Source: Candidatus Saccharimonadota bacterium (GTDB taxonomy: Bacteria > Bacteroidota > Bacteroidia > Flavobacteriales > Blattabacteriaceae). Taken from it: a stretch of 32,000 nt of DNA. Location: contig NZ_CP104096.1 of the NCBI RefSeq assembly GCF_033370915.1, positions 2,700-34,699 of the forward strand, read 5' to 3'. The notes below the pieces were generated by a model. That model searched no databases. It saw nothing but the letters and a program-made list of their open reading frames with translations, and was not told where the DNA came from. Below, one piece after another: positions 1 through 8,569 of this stretch. The first letter of the stretch is position 1; every line of letters begins with the position of its first letter. Both the position numbers and the translations under genes were made by a program.

Positions 1-1291
1 GATCTAGATATTGAGAAAAAGGACTAGTACAAAAAAAGCTATTAATTAAGGAAGATAATATTTTAGAATTAATTAATTTTTTAGGGGTTAAATTTTTTAA
101 ATTAGAATTTAATTTATCTTTAATTATATTAGCTAGTCTTTTAAATCCTATATTAAATAAAGAATATAAATGATCACCAATAGTTTTAATTTTTCTATTT
201 GATAAACTATCAATATCATCAATATCATTTTTAGAAATAAAAAAATTAATTAAATTTTTAATTATAAATTTAATATCTATATAATTGATAGTCTTTAAAT
301 TAGAATTATTATTAATATTTAATTTATTATTTAATCTATATCTTCCTATTTTACCTAAATTATAATTTTTTTTTGAAAAAAATTTGTTATAAATAAAATT
401 TTTAGCAATATTATAATTAGGTGGTAAATTATTATTAAATAAATAATATATGTAGTTTAAACTTAGTTTATGAGTTTTATATAAATCTTTTTTTATAGTA
501 TTGATATATATATTATATTCTATAAAATTTTTTATTATATAAATTTTATTAATATTATTTTTTAATAGTAATTTAATATTATTAAAATTTATTATATTAT
601 TTTTTTTAATTAATATTTTATTATTTTTAATTATATCAAATGCATTTTTAGTATTTATTGAATTTATAACTTCTATTTTTTTAATTACATTAAATATTTT
701 CATTAATTTTTTTTCACTTTTATACCCAATTGCTTTTAAAAATATAGTTAAAGGAATTTTTTTTTTTTTATCTATTATTAGATATAAAATATTATTTTTA
801 TTTAAATTGAATTCTAACCATGAACCTTTTTTAGGTATAATTTTTGCATAATATGATTTTTCCTTATAAATACCAAAAAATAAACCTGGTGATCTATGAA
901 TTTGAAAGACTATTACTCTTTCATTACCATTTATTATAAATGAACCTTTTGATGTAATTAATGGACATGTACCTAAATATACTTTTTCTATAATTGATTT
1001 ATTTTTATAACTTAATTTTAATTTTAATATTAATGATATATTGTATGTTAATTTATATTTTATACATTCATTAATTGAATATTTAGGTTGTTCAATATAA
1101 TAATTTAATAATTTTAAAGATATATTTTTTTTTTTATTATAAATTGGAAAAATATTATTTAATATTTTATATAAACTATATTTTTTATAATTATTTAAGT
1201 TAATAAAATTGTTAAATGATTTTAATTGTGGTAATAAAAAATCTGGAAAATTAATATTTTCTTTAGTAAAATATATTTTCTTTTTATACAT
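1..1291 (-). CDS. rpoB: DNA-directed RNA polymerase beta subunit, N-terminal part (continues beyond window start)
   Basis: My own translation of the minus strand from ATG at 1291-1289 is open to position 2. It contains GSFIINGNERVIVFQIHRSPGLFF (canonical GxFxINGxERVxVSQxHRSPGVFF) and, at the window edge, FFCTSPFSQYLD (canonical FFGSSQLSQFMDQ). It lies directly downstream of rplL, as in the rplKAJL-rpoBC cluster. Confidence 0.92.
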   Translation of the reverse strand, partial: MYKKKIYFTKENINFPDFLLPQLKSFNNFINLNNYKKYSLYKILNNIFPIYNKKKNISLKLLNYYIEQPKYSINECIKYKLTYNISLILKLKLSYKNKSIIEKVYLGTCPLITSKGSFIINGNERVIVFQIHRSPGLFFGIYKEKSYYAKIIPKKGSWLEFNLNKNNILYLIIDKKKKIPLTIFLKAIGYKSEKKLMKIFNVIKKIEVINSINTKNAFDIIKNNKILIKKNNIINFNNIKLLLKNNINKIYIIKNFIEYNIYINTIKKDLYKTHKLSLNYIYYLFNNNLPPNYNIAKNFIYNKFFSKKNYNLGKIGRYRLNNKLNINNNSNLKTINYIDIKFIIKNLINFFISKNDIDDIDSLSNRKIKTIGDHLYSLFNIGFKRLANIIKDKLNSNLKNLTPKKLINSKILSSLINSFFCTSPFSQYLD

Positions 1292-1295
1292 AATT

Positions 1296-1676
1296 TTATT
1301 TTATTTCTATAATTGCATTAATTGCTTTAAATTGGTCTTGTATTTTTTTTGCTTCTTCTAATTTAATTGATTTTTTAATTAAACTAGGCATATTATCTAT
1401 AAATTTTTTAGATTCAGTTAAACTTAATCCAGTTATTGATTTTAATAATTTAATAACTGGTAATTTTACAGTGCCTATAGATTTTAAATAAATATTTACT
1501 TTAGAATTATTATTAGTTGTATTATTAGTAGTATTATTAGTAGTAGTATTAGTAGTAGTAATAGTATGATTATCATACTTAATTCCATATTTATTATCTA
1601 AAATTTTAGTTAATTCATTAATATCTTTAATATTTAAATTAACTAATATTTCAGCAATTTTTTTTATATTTTTCAT
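1296..1676 (-). CDS. rplL: 50S ribosomal protein L7/L12
   Basis: 126-aa ORF. The N-terminal dimerisation helix (IAEILVNLNIKDINELTKILDNKYGI) and the C-terminal domain (VKLPVIKLLKSITGLSLTESKKFIDNMPSLIKKSIKLEEAKKIQDQFKAINAIIEIK) match the L12 layout. Position is between rplJ and rpoB. Confidence 0.92.
   Translation of the reverse strand: MKNIKKIAEILVNLNIKDINELTKILDNKYGIKYDNHTITTTNTTTNNTTNNTTNNNSKVNIYLKSIGTVKLPVIKLLKSITGLSLTESKKFIDNMPSLIKKSIKLEEAKKIQDQFKAINAIIEIK
1506..1565 (-). repeat. Imperfect ACT/AAT (Thr/Asn) codon repeat forming the L7/L12 hinge
   Basis: The minus strand reads act att act act act aat act act act aat aat act act aat aat aca act aat aat aat. This gives TITTTNTTTNNTTNNTTNNN between the N- and C-terminal domains of rplL. 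Confidence 0.8.
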
Positions 1677-1708
1677 ATATAATATAAATATTAATATAAA
1701 TATAAATA

Positions 1709-2257
1709 TTAATTTATATTATTTTTTAATTTATTTAATAATATTTTATTTATATTTAAAATTTTAATTTTTTTATAATTAATTATAAAATTAATGAAAT
1801 TTTTTATTTTATTAATTAATATAAAAATAATATTATTAATTAATTCATTTTTAGATTTTAAATTACATAATATATTTATAGAATTATCCCCATAATAATA
1901 TTTTTCATCAATATATGCAACTTTTAATATAGGATAATTATTATTTAAAATTTTATTATTTTTAATTATATTAGCTATATTCTTATAATTATTTGAAAAC
2001 ATTATTGAATTATTATATTTTAATATAGGTGATAACTTTTTTAATATATATTTTTTTCTTTTAATTATTAAAAATTTTTTAAATAAAGTATTTTTTATTT
2101 TTAATAATTTTATATTATTATTATTACAATCTTTTTTAAGTATAAATAAATTTTTAGAATTAAATGTAGATATATCAATTATATAATAATAATTAAATTT
2201 TTTAAATAATTTATTAAGATTATTAATAATTTTTTTTTTAATATTTTTATTAATCAT
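1709..2257 (-). CDS. rplJ: 50S ribosomal protein L10
   Basis: 182-aa ORF between rplA and rplL. IIDISTFNSKNLFILKKDC...IKLLKIKNTLFKKF fits the L10 pattern (V.DY.GL.V.....LR......V.KNTL). The sequence is highly diverged. Confidence 0.8.
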   Translation of the reverse strand: MINKNIKKKIINNLNKLFKKFNYYYIIDISTFNSKNLFILKKDCNNNNIKLLKIKNTLFKKFLIIKRKKYILKKLSPILKYNNSIMFSNNYKNIANIIKNNKILNNNYPILKVAYIDEKYYYGDNSINILCNLKSKNELINNIIFILINKIKNFINFIINYKKIKILNINKILLNKLKNNIN

Positions 2258-2258
2258 A

Positions 2259-2903
2259 TTATATTAATAATTTAAAACTTGGCCCCATAGTGCTAGATAA
2301 ATATATGTTTTTTATATTAAATAAATATTTATTTTTTAATATATCCATTTTATTTAAAATATATTTTAAATTTTTAATTAAAATTTTATTATCAAAAGAT
2401 ATTTTACCTATAGTAATATTAATTATTTTGTTATTATTATTTTTAATTTCTATATATTTGCTTGATATAATTTGTTTTATTGCTTTATATGGATCATTTG
2501 TGATATTATTATTAGAAGGTATTAAACCTTTACTACCTAATATTTTTCCTAATTTTAATATTTTATTAATATAACTTTTAGTAGTAACAATAACATTAAA
2601 TTTAGTCCATTTTTTATTTTTAATTTTTTTAATATATTTATTACCTCCTATATAAATAGATTTATAATTTAATTTTTTTATTTTATCTCTTTGTTTTTTA
2701 GGTATAATAGCTAAAATTATATATTTTTTTCCATTTCCATAAGGTAATAATAAATTTTCTTTTATTATATTAATATTATTATTATTTTTTTTTTTATTTA
2801 AAATTAAATTTATATACATATCTATTGAAGAATCAAATTTAGTTTTATTATATTTTTTAATTATTTTAAATATTTTGTCTATATTATAATTATTATTTTT
2901 CAT
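2259..2903 (-). CDS. rplA: 50S ribosomal protein L1
   Basis: 214-aa ORF. FDSSIDMYINL...LLLPYGNGKKYIILAI corresponds to L1 FDETVE..VNL...V.LPHGTGK..RV.VF. Position is between rplK and rplJ. Confidence 0.9.
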   Translation of the reverse strand: MKNNNYNIDKIFKIIKKYNKTKFDSSIDMYINLILNKKKNNNNINIIKENLLLPYGNGKKYIILAIIPKKQRDKIKKLNYKSIYIGGNKYIKKIKNKKWTKFNVIVTTKSYINKILKLGKILGSKGLIPSNNNITNDPYKAIKQIISSKYIEIKNNNNKIINITIGKISFDNKILIKNLKYILNKMDILKNKYLFNIKNIYLSSTMGPSFKLLI

Positions 2904-3330
2904 TTTTTATTACATTTATCCCCATAGATTTTAATGTCCCTATTATCATAGATATTGCTGATGATAATTTAAAACAATTTAAATCTGGTAATTTATATTT
3001 AGCTAATTTTTCTACTTCTTTTATATTAATATTATTTATAATTTTTTTTTTAGGTTCTGATGAACCTTTTTTAATATTTAAAATAGAAAATATTTTTTCT
3101 TTTATTGTTTGTTTTTTTATTATAAAATCATAAGTTTTGTTATTATATACAGTTATTATAATAGGTAAAATTTTTCCTTTATATTTTTCAGTTTTTTTAT
3201 TAAAATTATTACAAAAATCCATAATATTAATACCAACTGATCCTAATGAAGGACCAATAGGTGGTGATGGATTAGCCTTTCCTCCAGGAATACTTAATTT
3301 TATTATTTTTAATATATTATTATTATTCAT
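2893..3330 (-). CDS. rplK: 50S ribosomal protein L11
   Basis: 145-aa ORF with the hallmark motif PGGKANPSPPIGPSLGSVGINIMDFCNNFN. It overlaps the rplA start by 11 bp. Confidence 0.96.
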   Translation of the reverse strand: MNNNNILKIIKLSIPGGKANPSPPIGPSLGSVGINIMDFCNNFNKKTEKYKGKILPIIITVYNNKTYDFIIKKQTIKEKIFSILNIKKGSSEPKKKIINNINIKEVEKLAKYKLPDLNCFKLSSAISMIIGTLKSMGINVIKNEK

Positions 3331-3341
3331 ATAATTTAAAT

Positions 3342-3836
3342 TTAATATTTATTTATATTATTAATATTTAATTCTATTTTAGTATTTCTTCCTAATAATT
3401 TAATAGATAATATAATATTATTTTTTTTAATTTTTTCAATTTTTCCTTTTATATTATTAAAAATTCCTGAATTTATTATTACATTATCACCTATTTTATA
3501 ACTATTATTATATTTATTTTTTATTATATTTTTTAATTCATTTTTATTAATTTTTAATGGTAATTTATTATTTCTTTCATTTAAAAACCCTAATATTCCC
3601 TTTATTTTTTTTAATATTAATAATATATATTTATTTAAATATATTTTAATAAACATATAACCTGGTATAATTTTTTCTTTATATATTTTTTTTTTACCAT
3701 TTTTAACTCTAATATATTTTTTTGTAGGTATAAATATATATTTAATATATTTTAATAATTTTTCTTTTATTTTATTTATAATATATTTTTCTTCTCCATT
3801 TATTATTTTTAATATATACCATTCTTTTTTTTTCAT
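3342..3836 (-). CDS. nusG: Transcription termination/antitermination factor NusG
   Basis: 164-aa ORF with an N-terminal KKEWYILKIINGEEK (NusG WY.....G.E) and a C-terminal KOW-like segment, YKIGDNVIINSGIFNNIKGKIEKI. It sits immediately upstream of rplK. Confidence 0.85.
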   Translation of the reverse strand: MKKKEWYILKIINGEEKYIINKIKEKLLKYIKYIFIPTKKYIRVKNGKKKIYKEKIIPGYMFIKIYLNKYILLILKKIKGILGFLNERNNKLPLKINKNELKNIIKNKYNNSYKIGDNVIINSGIFNNIKGKIEKIKKNNIILSIKLLGRNTKIELNINNINKY

Positions 3837-3845
3837 ATATTAATA

Positions 3846-3918
3846 CACGGATGGTAAGACTCGAACTTACAACCTTCGGTTTTGGAGACCGATGCTCTGC
3901 CAATTAAGCTACATCCGT
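3846..3918 (-). tRNA. trnW: tRNA-Trp (anticodon CCA)
   Basis: Hand-folded cloverleaf on the minus strand: ACGGATG TA GCTT AATTGGCA GAGC A TCGGT CTCCAAA ACCGA AGGTT GTAAG TTCGAGT CTTAC CATCCGT G. It is a GC-rich island in AT-rich DNA. No 3' CCA is encoded. Confidence 0.9.
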
Positions 3919-3941
3919 AGTTTTATTATTAAATTATTATA

Positions 3942-5120
3942 TTAATTTAATAATTCAGTTATTTTTCCTGCTCCTACTGTTTTTCCCCCTTCTCTAATAG
4001 CAAATTTTAATCCTTTATTAATAGCTATAGATTTTTCTAATTTTATAGTTGCATTAATATTGTCACCTGGCATTACCATTTTAATTCCTTTTTCTAGATA
4101 AATAGTACCAGTAATATCAATAGTTCTTAAATAAAATTGAGGTTTATATTTATTATAAAACGGAGTATGTCTACCACCTTCTTCTTTTTTAAGAATATAT
4201 ATTTGTGAATTAAATTTTTTATATGATTTAATAGTATTTGGAGTACATAATACCATACCTCTTTTAATTTGTTTTCTTTCTATACCACGTAATAAAATAC
4301 CAACATTATCCCCTGCTTCTCCTTTATCTAATATTTTTTTAAACATTTCAATTCCTGTAATTGTAGTATCAATAATTTTATTCATTCCTATACATTGTAT
4401 TTGATCACCTATTTTTATAGTTCCAGTTTCAATTTTTCCTGTACAAACAGTACCTCTTCCAGTTATTGTAAATATATCTTCAATAGACATTAAAAAAGGT
4501 TTATTAGTTTCTCTTATTGGATTAGGTATATTTTTATCTATTGTATCCATTAATTTATATATAATATCTATATATTTTTTATCTCCTTTTAATGCTTTTA
4601 ATGCAGAACCTTCTATAATAGGTACATTATTATAATTGTAATAACTTAATAATTCATTAGTTTCAATTTTAACTAACTCTAATAATTCTTTATCTTTTAT
4701 TAAATCTATTTTGTTTATAAATACTATTAAATAAGGTACATTTACTTGTTTAGCTAATAATATATGTTCTCTAGTTTGTGGCATTGGTCCATCAGTAGCA
4801 GCTATTACTAATATAGCACCATCCATTTGAGCTGCTCCAGTAATCATATTTTTTATATAATCTGAATGTCCTGGACAATCAATATGAGCATAATGTTTAT
4901 TTTCTGTTTCATATTCTATATGTGAAGTATTAATTGTAATACCTCTTTCTTTTTCTTCAGGTGCATTATCTATAGCTGAAAATTTTTTTTCTATAGCTAA
5001 TCCTTTTATTGATAATGCTTTTGTAATAGCTGCTGTTAATGTAGTTTTTCCATGATCTACGTGACCTATAGTACCTATATTTATATGAGGTTTTTCACGA
5101 ATAAATTTTTCTTTTGACAT
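3942..5120 (-). CDS. tuf: Elongation factor Tu
   Basis: 392-aa ORF with [18 protein letters not shown] and NKIDL GTPase motifs. The full-length EF-Tu architecture is present. Confidence 0.99.
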   Translation of the reverse strand: MSKEKFIREKPHINIGTIGHVDHGKTTLTAAITKALSIKGLAIEKKFSAIDNAPEEKERGITINTSHIEYETENKHYAHIDCPGHSDYIKNMITGAAQMDGAILVIAATDGPMPQTREHILLAKQVNVPYLIVFINKIDLIKDKELLELVKIETNELLSYYNYNNVPIIEGSALKALKGDKKYIDIIYKLMDTIDKNIPNPIRETNKPFLMSIEDIFTITGRGTVCTGKIETGTIKIGDQIQCIGMNKIIDTTITGIEMFKKILDKGEAGDNVGILLRGIERKQIKRGMVLCTPNTIKSYKKFNSQIYILKKEEGGRHTPFYNKYKPQFYLRTIDITGTIYLEKGIKMVMPGDNINATIKLEKSIAINKGLKFAIREGGKTVGAGKITELLN

Positions 5121-5139
5121 TTTAAATTTATAATTTATA

Positions 5140-5212
5140 AGCGGAAAACGGGTCTCGAACCCGTAATCTTCAGCTTGGAAGGCTGACGCTCTACCAATTG
5201 AGCTATTTCCGC
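5140..5212 (-). tRNA. trnG: tRNA-Gly (anticodon UCC)
   Basis: Minus-strand fold: GCGGAAA TA GCTC AATTGGTA GAGC G TCAGC CTTCCAA GCTGA AGATT ACGGG TTCGAGA CCCGT TTTCCGC T. Confidence 0.9.
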
Positions 5213-5219
5213 AAAATTA

Positions 5220-5303
5220 TGGGGAGAGTAGGATTTGAACCTACGAAGATAATTAATCAACAGATTTACAGTCTGTCCTCGTTAACCACTTGAGTATCTC
5301 CCC
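5220..5303 (-). tRNA. trnY: tRNA-Tyr (anticodon GUA), long variable arm
   Basis: Minus strand: GGGGAGA...ACAGA CTGTAAA TCTGT + long variable arm (TGATTAATTATCTTC) + GTAGG TTCAAAT CCTAC TCTCCCC A. Confidence 0.9.
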
Positions 5304-5310
5304 AATATTA

Positions 5311-5383
5311 AGCCGATGGTAGGATTTGAACCTACAACAACGAGATTACAAATCACGTGCTCTACCGATTGAGCTACATCGGC
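5311..5383 (-). tRNA. trnT: tRNA-Thr (anticodon UGU)
   Basis: Minus strand: GCCGATG TA GCTC AATCGGTA GAGC A CGTGA TTTGTAA TCTCG TTGTT GTAGG TTCAAAT CCTAC CATCGGC T. There is one T:T mismatch in the anticodon stem. Confidence 0.88.
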
Positions 5384-5430
5384 ATTTATTAATAATTAAT
5401 ATAATATAAATATAATAATAAAACAAAATA

Positions 5431-8049
5431 ATGCAATATAATTTTAAAAAAATAGAAGAAAAATGGAGAAAAATCCATAATAAAATTAATTTTTTAAAAA
5501 TTAATAAAAAAAAGAAAAAAAAATTTTATATACTTAATATGTTTCCTTATCCTTCAGGATATGGATTACATGTAGGACATACAGTAGGATATATATATTC
5601 AGATATAATTGCTAAATATAAATTAGGTAAAAATTATAATATATTAAATCCTATAGGTTTTGATTCTTTTGGTTTACCTGCAGAACAATATGCTATTAAT
5701 AATAATGAACATCCAATAAAAATAATAAAAAAATCAATAAAAAAATTTAAAAAACAAATTAAAAGATTAGGAGTTTTTTTTAATTGGGATAGAGAAATAA
5801 TAACTCATAATAGTAAATATTATAAATGGACACAGTGGATATTTATTAAATTATTTAATTCATGGTATGATAAAAATAATAATAAAGCTAGAAATATAAA
5901 ATATTTAATTAATAAAATTAAGAAAAATAAATTTTTTTTAAATAAAAAGTTAATAAAATTTAATGATGAAAATAAATTATTTAAATTTTTAAATAAATTT
6001 AGATTAATTTATTTAAAAAAAAGTTATGTAAATTGGTGTCCTAAATTATCTACTGTACTTTCTAATGAAGAAATAGATAATGGAAAAAGTATAAGAGGGG
6101 GTTATGATATTATTAAAAAAAAAATGTTACAATGGCATATAAGAATTACTAAATATTGTGATAGATTATTAAATGATTATAAGTATATTAAATGGCCTAA
6201 AAATATTAAAAAATCTCAAAAACAATGGATAGGAAAAAAAAAAGTAAATTATTTTTATTTAAAAAATAAAAAAAATAAATTTAAAATATATTGTTATAAA
6301 AAAAAAGATATTAATAAAATTAATAATATAATATTTGTTGCCCCTTCTTATAATACAGATATATTAATAAAAAATTATATAAAAGATAAAAATAAAATTA
6401 AAAAGATAATTAATTCTATTTATAATAATGAAAAAAAAAAAATTTTAATAAAAACAAATATATATAATAATAATAATAATAAAATAAATATATATATTAG
6501 TAATTATTTTATAAATAAAAGTTTAAATAATGTATATATAAATATAAATAATAAAGGAAATTTTTTTAAATTAAAAAATTATAAAATATTAAGTTTAGAA
6601 AAAGATTTTAATATAAAAGATATTAAAATAGATAATAAAAATATTAAGAAAAAATTTATTTTTAATTTAAAAGATATTGTATTTTCAAGACAAAGATATT
6701 GGGGAGAACCAATTCCAATATATTATAAAAATAATATTCCATATAATATAGATATAAAAAGTTTGCCATTAAAATTACCTTATATAAAAAATATTAATAT
6801 TTTAAAATTAAAAGATTATGATAAATGGGCTTGGAATAATAAAAATAATAAAATTGTAAGTAAAAAATTAATAAATAAAAAAAAAAATATATATAAATTA
6901 GATGTAAATACTATGCCTAGTGTTGCAGCATCAAATTGGTATTATATAAGATTTATAGATCCTTATAATAATAATACTATTGTAAATAGTAATAAAATAA
7001 AATATTGGAAAAATGTAGATTTATATATTGGAGGTTCAGAACATACTAATGGACATTTATTATATTCTAGATTTTGTCATAAATTTTTGAAAGATATAAA
7101 AATATTGAATACTAAAGAACCATTTAAAAATTTTATTAATCAAGGAATTATATTGTATTATTCTAATATTATTTATAAAATAAAAGATAAAAATATATTT
7201 GTTTCTTATGATATAATTAAAAAAAATAAATATATTAATATTCAAAAAATATATGTAATTAAAAAATATATAAATAATAAAAAATATTTAAATATAAATA
7301 AATTTATAAAAAATTATAAAATATATAAAAATTTTAAATTTAAATTAAATAATAATAAAAAATTTATATGTAAAATAAAATTAGAAAAAATGTCTAAATC
7401 AAAATTTAATATAGTAAATCCTGATGAAATTATAAATAAATATGGAATTGATTGTTTTAGATTATATCAAGTTTTTATGGGACCTTTTAATAAAAAAAAA
7501 ATATGGAATGTAAATAATATAATAGGAATTTATAGATTTTTAAATAAAATTTGGAATTATATAATTAATAATAATTTTATTAATATTAAACCTAATTATG
7601 AAGAAAATAATATAATTAATAAATTAATATTAAAAATAAAAAATAATTTTAAAATTTTTAATTTAAATACTTCTATAAGTAATTTTATGATTACTTTAAA
7701 TAAATTAATAAATATTAAGTGTTATAATAAAATTATTATTAAAAAATTTATAATATTATTTTCATCATTTGCTCCTTATATATCAGAAGAAATTTGGTTT
7801 TTATTAGGTAATAAAAAAAGTATATTTTTTGAACAACAACCTGATTTAAATAAAAAATATTTAATAAAAAAAAATATTAAATATATAGTTATGATTAATA
7901 ATAGAAAAAAAATTATTATTTATATAAATAAAATTAATAATAATAAAAATTATTTAATTAATAAAATAATAAATAATAAAAATTTAAATATTAAAAATTA
8001 TAAAAAAATTATTTATATAAAAAATAGAATTATTAATTTTTTAATTTAA
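5431..8049 (+). CDS. leuS: Leucyl-tRNA synthetase
   Basis: 872-aa ORF. Matching motifs: MFPYPSGYGLHVGHTVGY (HIGH), FDSFGLPAEQYA, VNWCP, FSRQRYWGEPIPIYY, YIGGSEHTNGHLLYSRF, and KMSKSKFN (KMSKS). Confidence 0.96.
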   Translation: MQYNFKKIEEKWRKIHNKINFLKINKKKKKKFYILNMFPYPSGYGLHVGHTVGYIYSDIIAKYKLGKNYNILNPIGFDSFGLPAEQYAINNNEHPIKIIKKSIKKFKKQIKRLGVFFNWDREIITHNSKYYKWTQWIFIKLFNSWYDKNNNKARNIKYLINKIKKNKFFLNKKLIKFNDENKLFKFLNKFRLIYLKKSYVNWCPKLSTVLSNEEIDNGKSIRGGYDIIKKKMLQWHIRITKYCDRLLNDYKYIKWPKNIKKSQKQWIGKKKVNYFYLKNKKNKFKIYCYKKKDINKINNIIFVAPSYNTDILIKNYIKDKNKIKKIINSIYNNEKKKILIKTNIYNNNNNKINIYISNYFINKSLNNVYININNKGNFFKLKNYKILSLEKDFNIKDIKIDNKNIKKKFIFNLKDIVFSRQRYWGEPIPIYYKNNIPYNIDIKSLPLKLPYIKNINILKLKDYDKWAWNNKNNKIVSKKLINKKKNIYKLDVNTMPSVAASNWYYIRFIDPYNNNTIVNSNKIKYWKNVDLYIGGSEHTNGHLLYSRFCHKFLKDIKILNTKEPFKNFINQGIILYYSNIIYKIKDKNIFVSYDIIKKNKYINIQKIYVIKKYINNKKYLNINKFIKNYKIYKNFKFKLNNNKKFICKIKLEKMSKSKFNIVNPDEIINKYGIDCFRLYQVFMGPFNKKKIWNVNNIIGIYRFLNKIWNYIINNNFINIKPNYEENNIINKLILKIKNNFKIFNLNTSISNFMITLNKLINIKCYNKIIIKKFIILFSSFAPYISEEIWFLLGNKKSIFFEQQPDLNKKYLIKKNIKYIVMINNRKKIIIYINKINNNKNYLINKIINNKNLNIKNYKKIIYIKNRIINFLI

Positions 8050-8545
8050 GTTTAGTTTTAATTATCATAATGTGACATATTACAATACTTAAACTATCTA
8101 TATAATCATAATTTTTATTATAATTTAATTTTTTATTTAAAATATTTTCTAATATATTTTTTATTTTTTTTTTAGAACAATTTCCATCTCCTGAAATTAT
8201 ATATTTTATAGTTTTTGGTGAATATTCTATAAAAGGAATATTATAATATATAAATAATAATAAAATTGTTGTTTGTAATTGAATTAAATTTCTCATAGTT
8301 TTTACATTTTTTCCTAAAAATATTGATTCTATAACTAAAAAAGTAGGATTATATAATTTTATTATTTTTTTTATTTTTAAATAAATTGTAATTAATTTTA
8401 AATATATATTTTTTATATTAGATAATTTAATATCTTTTAATAATATTATAAATATTTTATTATGATAAAATTCTATTACAGATAAACCTATATTATTTAA
8501 TCCTGGATCTATTCCAATAATAATATTCTTTTTATTGATATTCAT
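8033..8545 (-). CDS. ruvC: Crossover junction endodeoxyribonuclease RuvC
   Basis: 170-aa ORF. IIGIDPGLNNIGLSVIE (catalytic Asp), FLVIESIFLGKN (Glu) and YDYIDSLSIVICH (D..D) reproduce the four RuvC acidic catalytic positions. The 3' end overlaps the leuS 3' end convergently by 17 bp. Confidence 0.8.
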   Translation of the reverse strand: MNINKKNIIIGIDPGLNNIGLSVIEFYHNKIFIILLKDIKLSNIKNIYLKLITIYLKIKKIIKLYNPTFLVIESIFLGKNVKTMRNLIQLQTTILLLFIYYNIPFIEYSPKTIKYIISGDGNCSKKKIKNILENILNKKLNYNKNYDYIDSLSIVICHIMIIKTKLKLKN

Positions 8546-8569
8546 TATAATAATAATTAAATTTAATAT

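Noticed and set aside
1-4. The window begins with GATC, a possible cloning or restriction-site boundary
   Set aside because: A single 4-mer at an arbitrary window edge is not evidence. It lies in frame within rpoB (..YLD).
2290-2574. ORF-track entries antisense to well-supported genes. They are 2290-2574(+), 3137-3334(+), 7060-7245(-), 8596-8901(-), 10213-10395(-), 11827-12147(-), 12172-12372(-), 17273-17479(-), 22108-22323(-), 26879-27082(-) and 28816-29115(-).
   Set aside because: All lie fully inside, and opposite to, conserved housekeeping genes. Their Phe/Leu/Ile-rich translations are what the complement of Lys/Asn/Ile-rich coding DNA produces (AAA/AAT/ATT read as TTT/ATT/AAT). None has a recognisable motif. 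I treat them as shadow ORFs.
8546-8569. Promoter calls in the very short divergent spacers: ruvC/lon 24 bp, rbfA/repeat-ORF 41 bp, rplL-rpoB 4 bp
   Set aside because: At this base composition, almost any hexamer resembles a TATAAT box or the Bacteroidota TAnnTTTG -7 element. I cannot separate signal from background by eye, so no regulatory features are reported.
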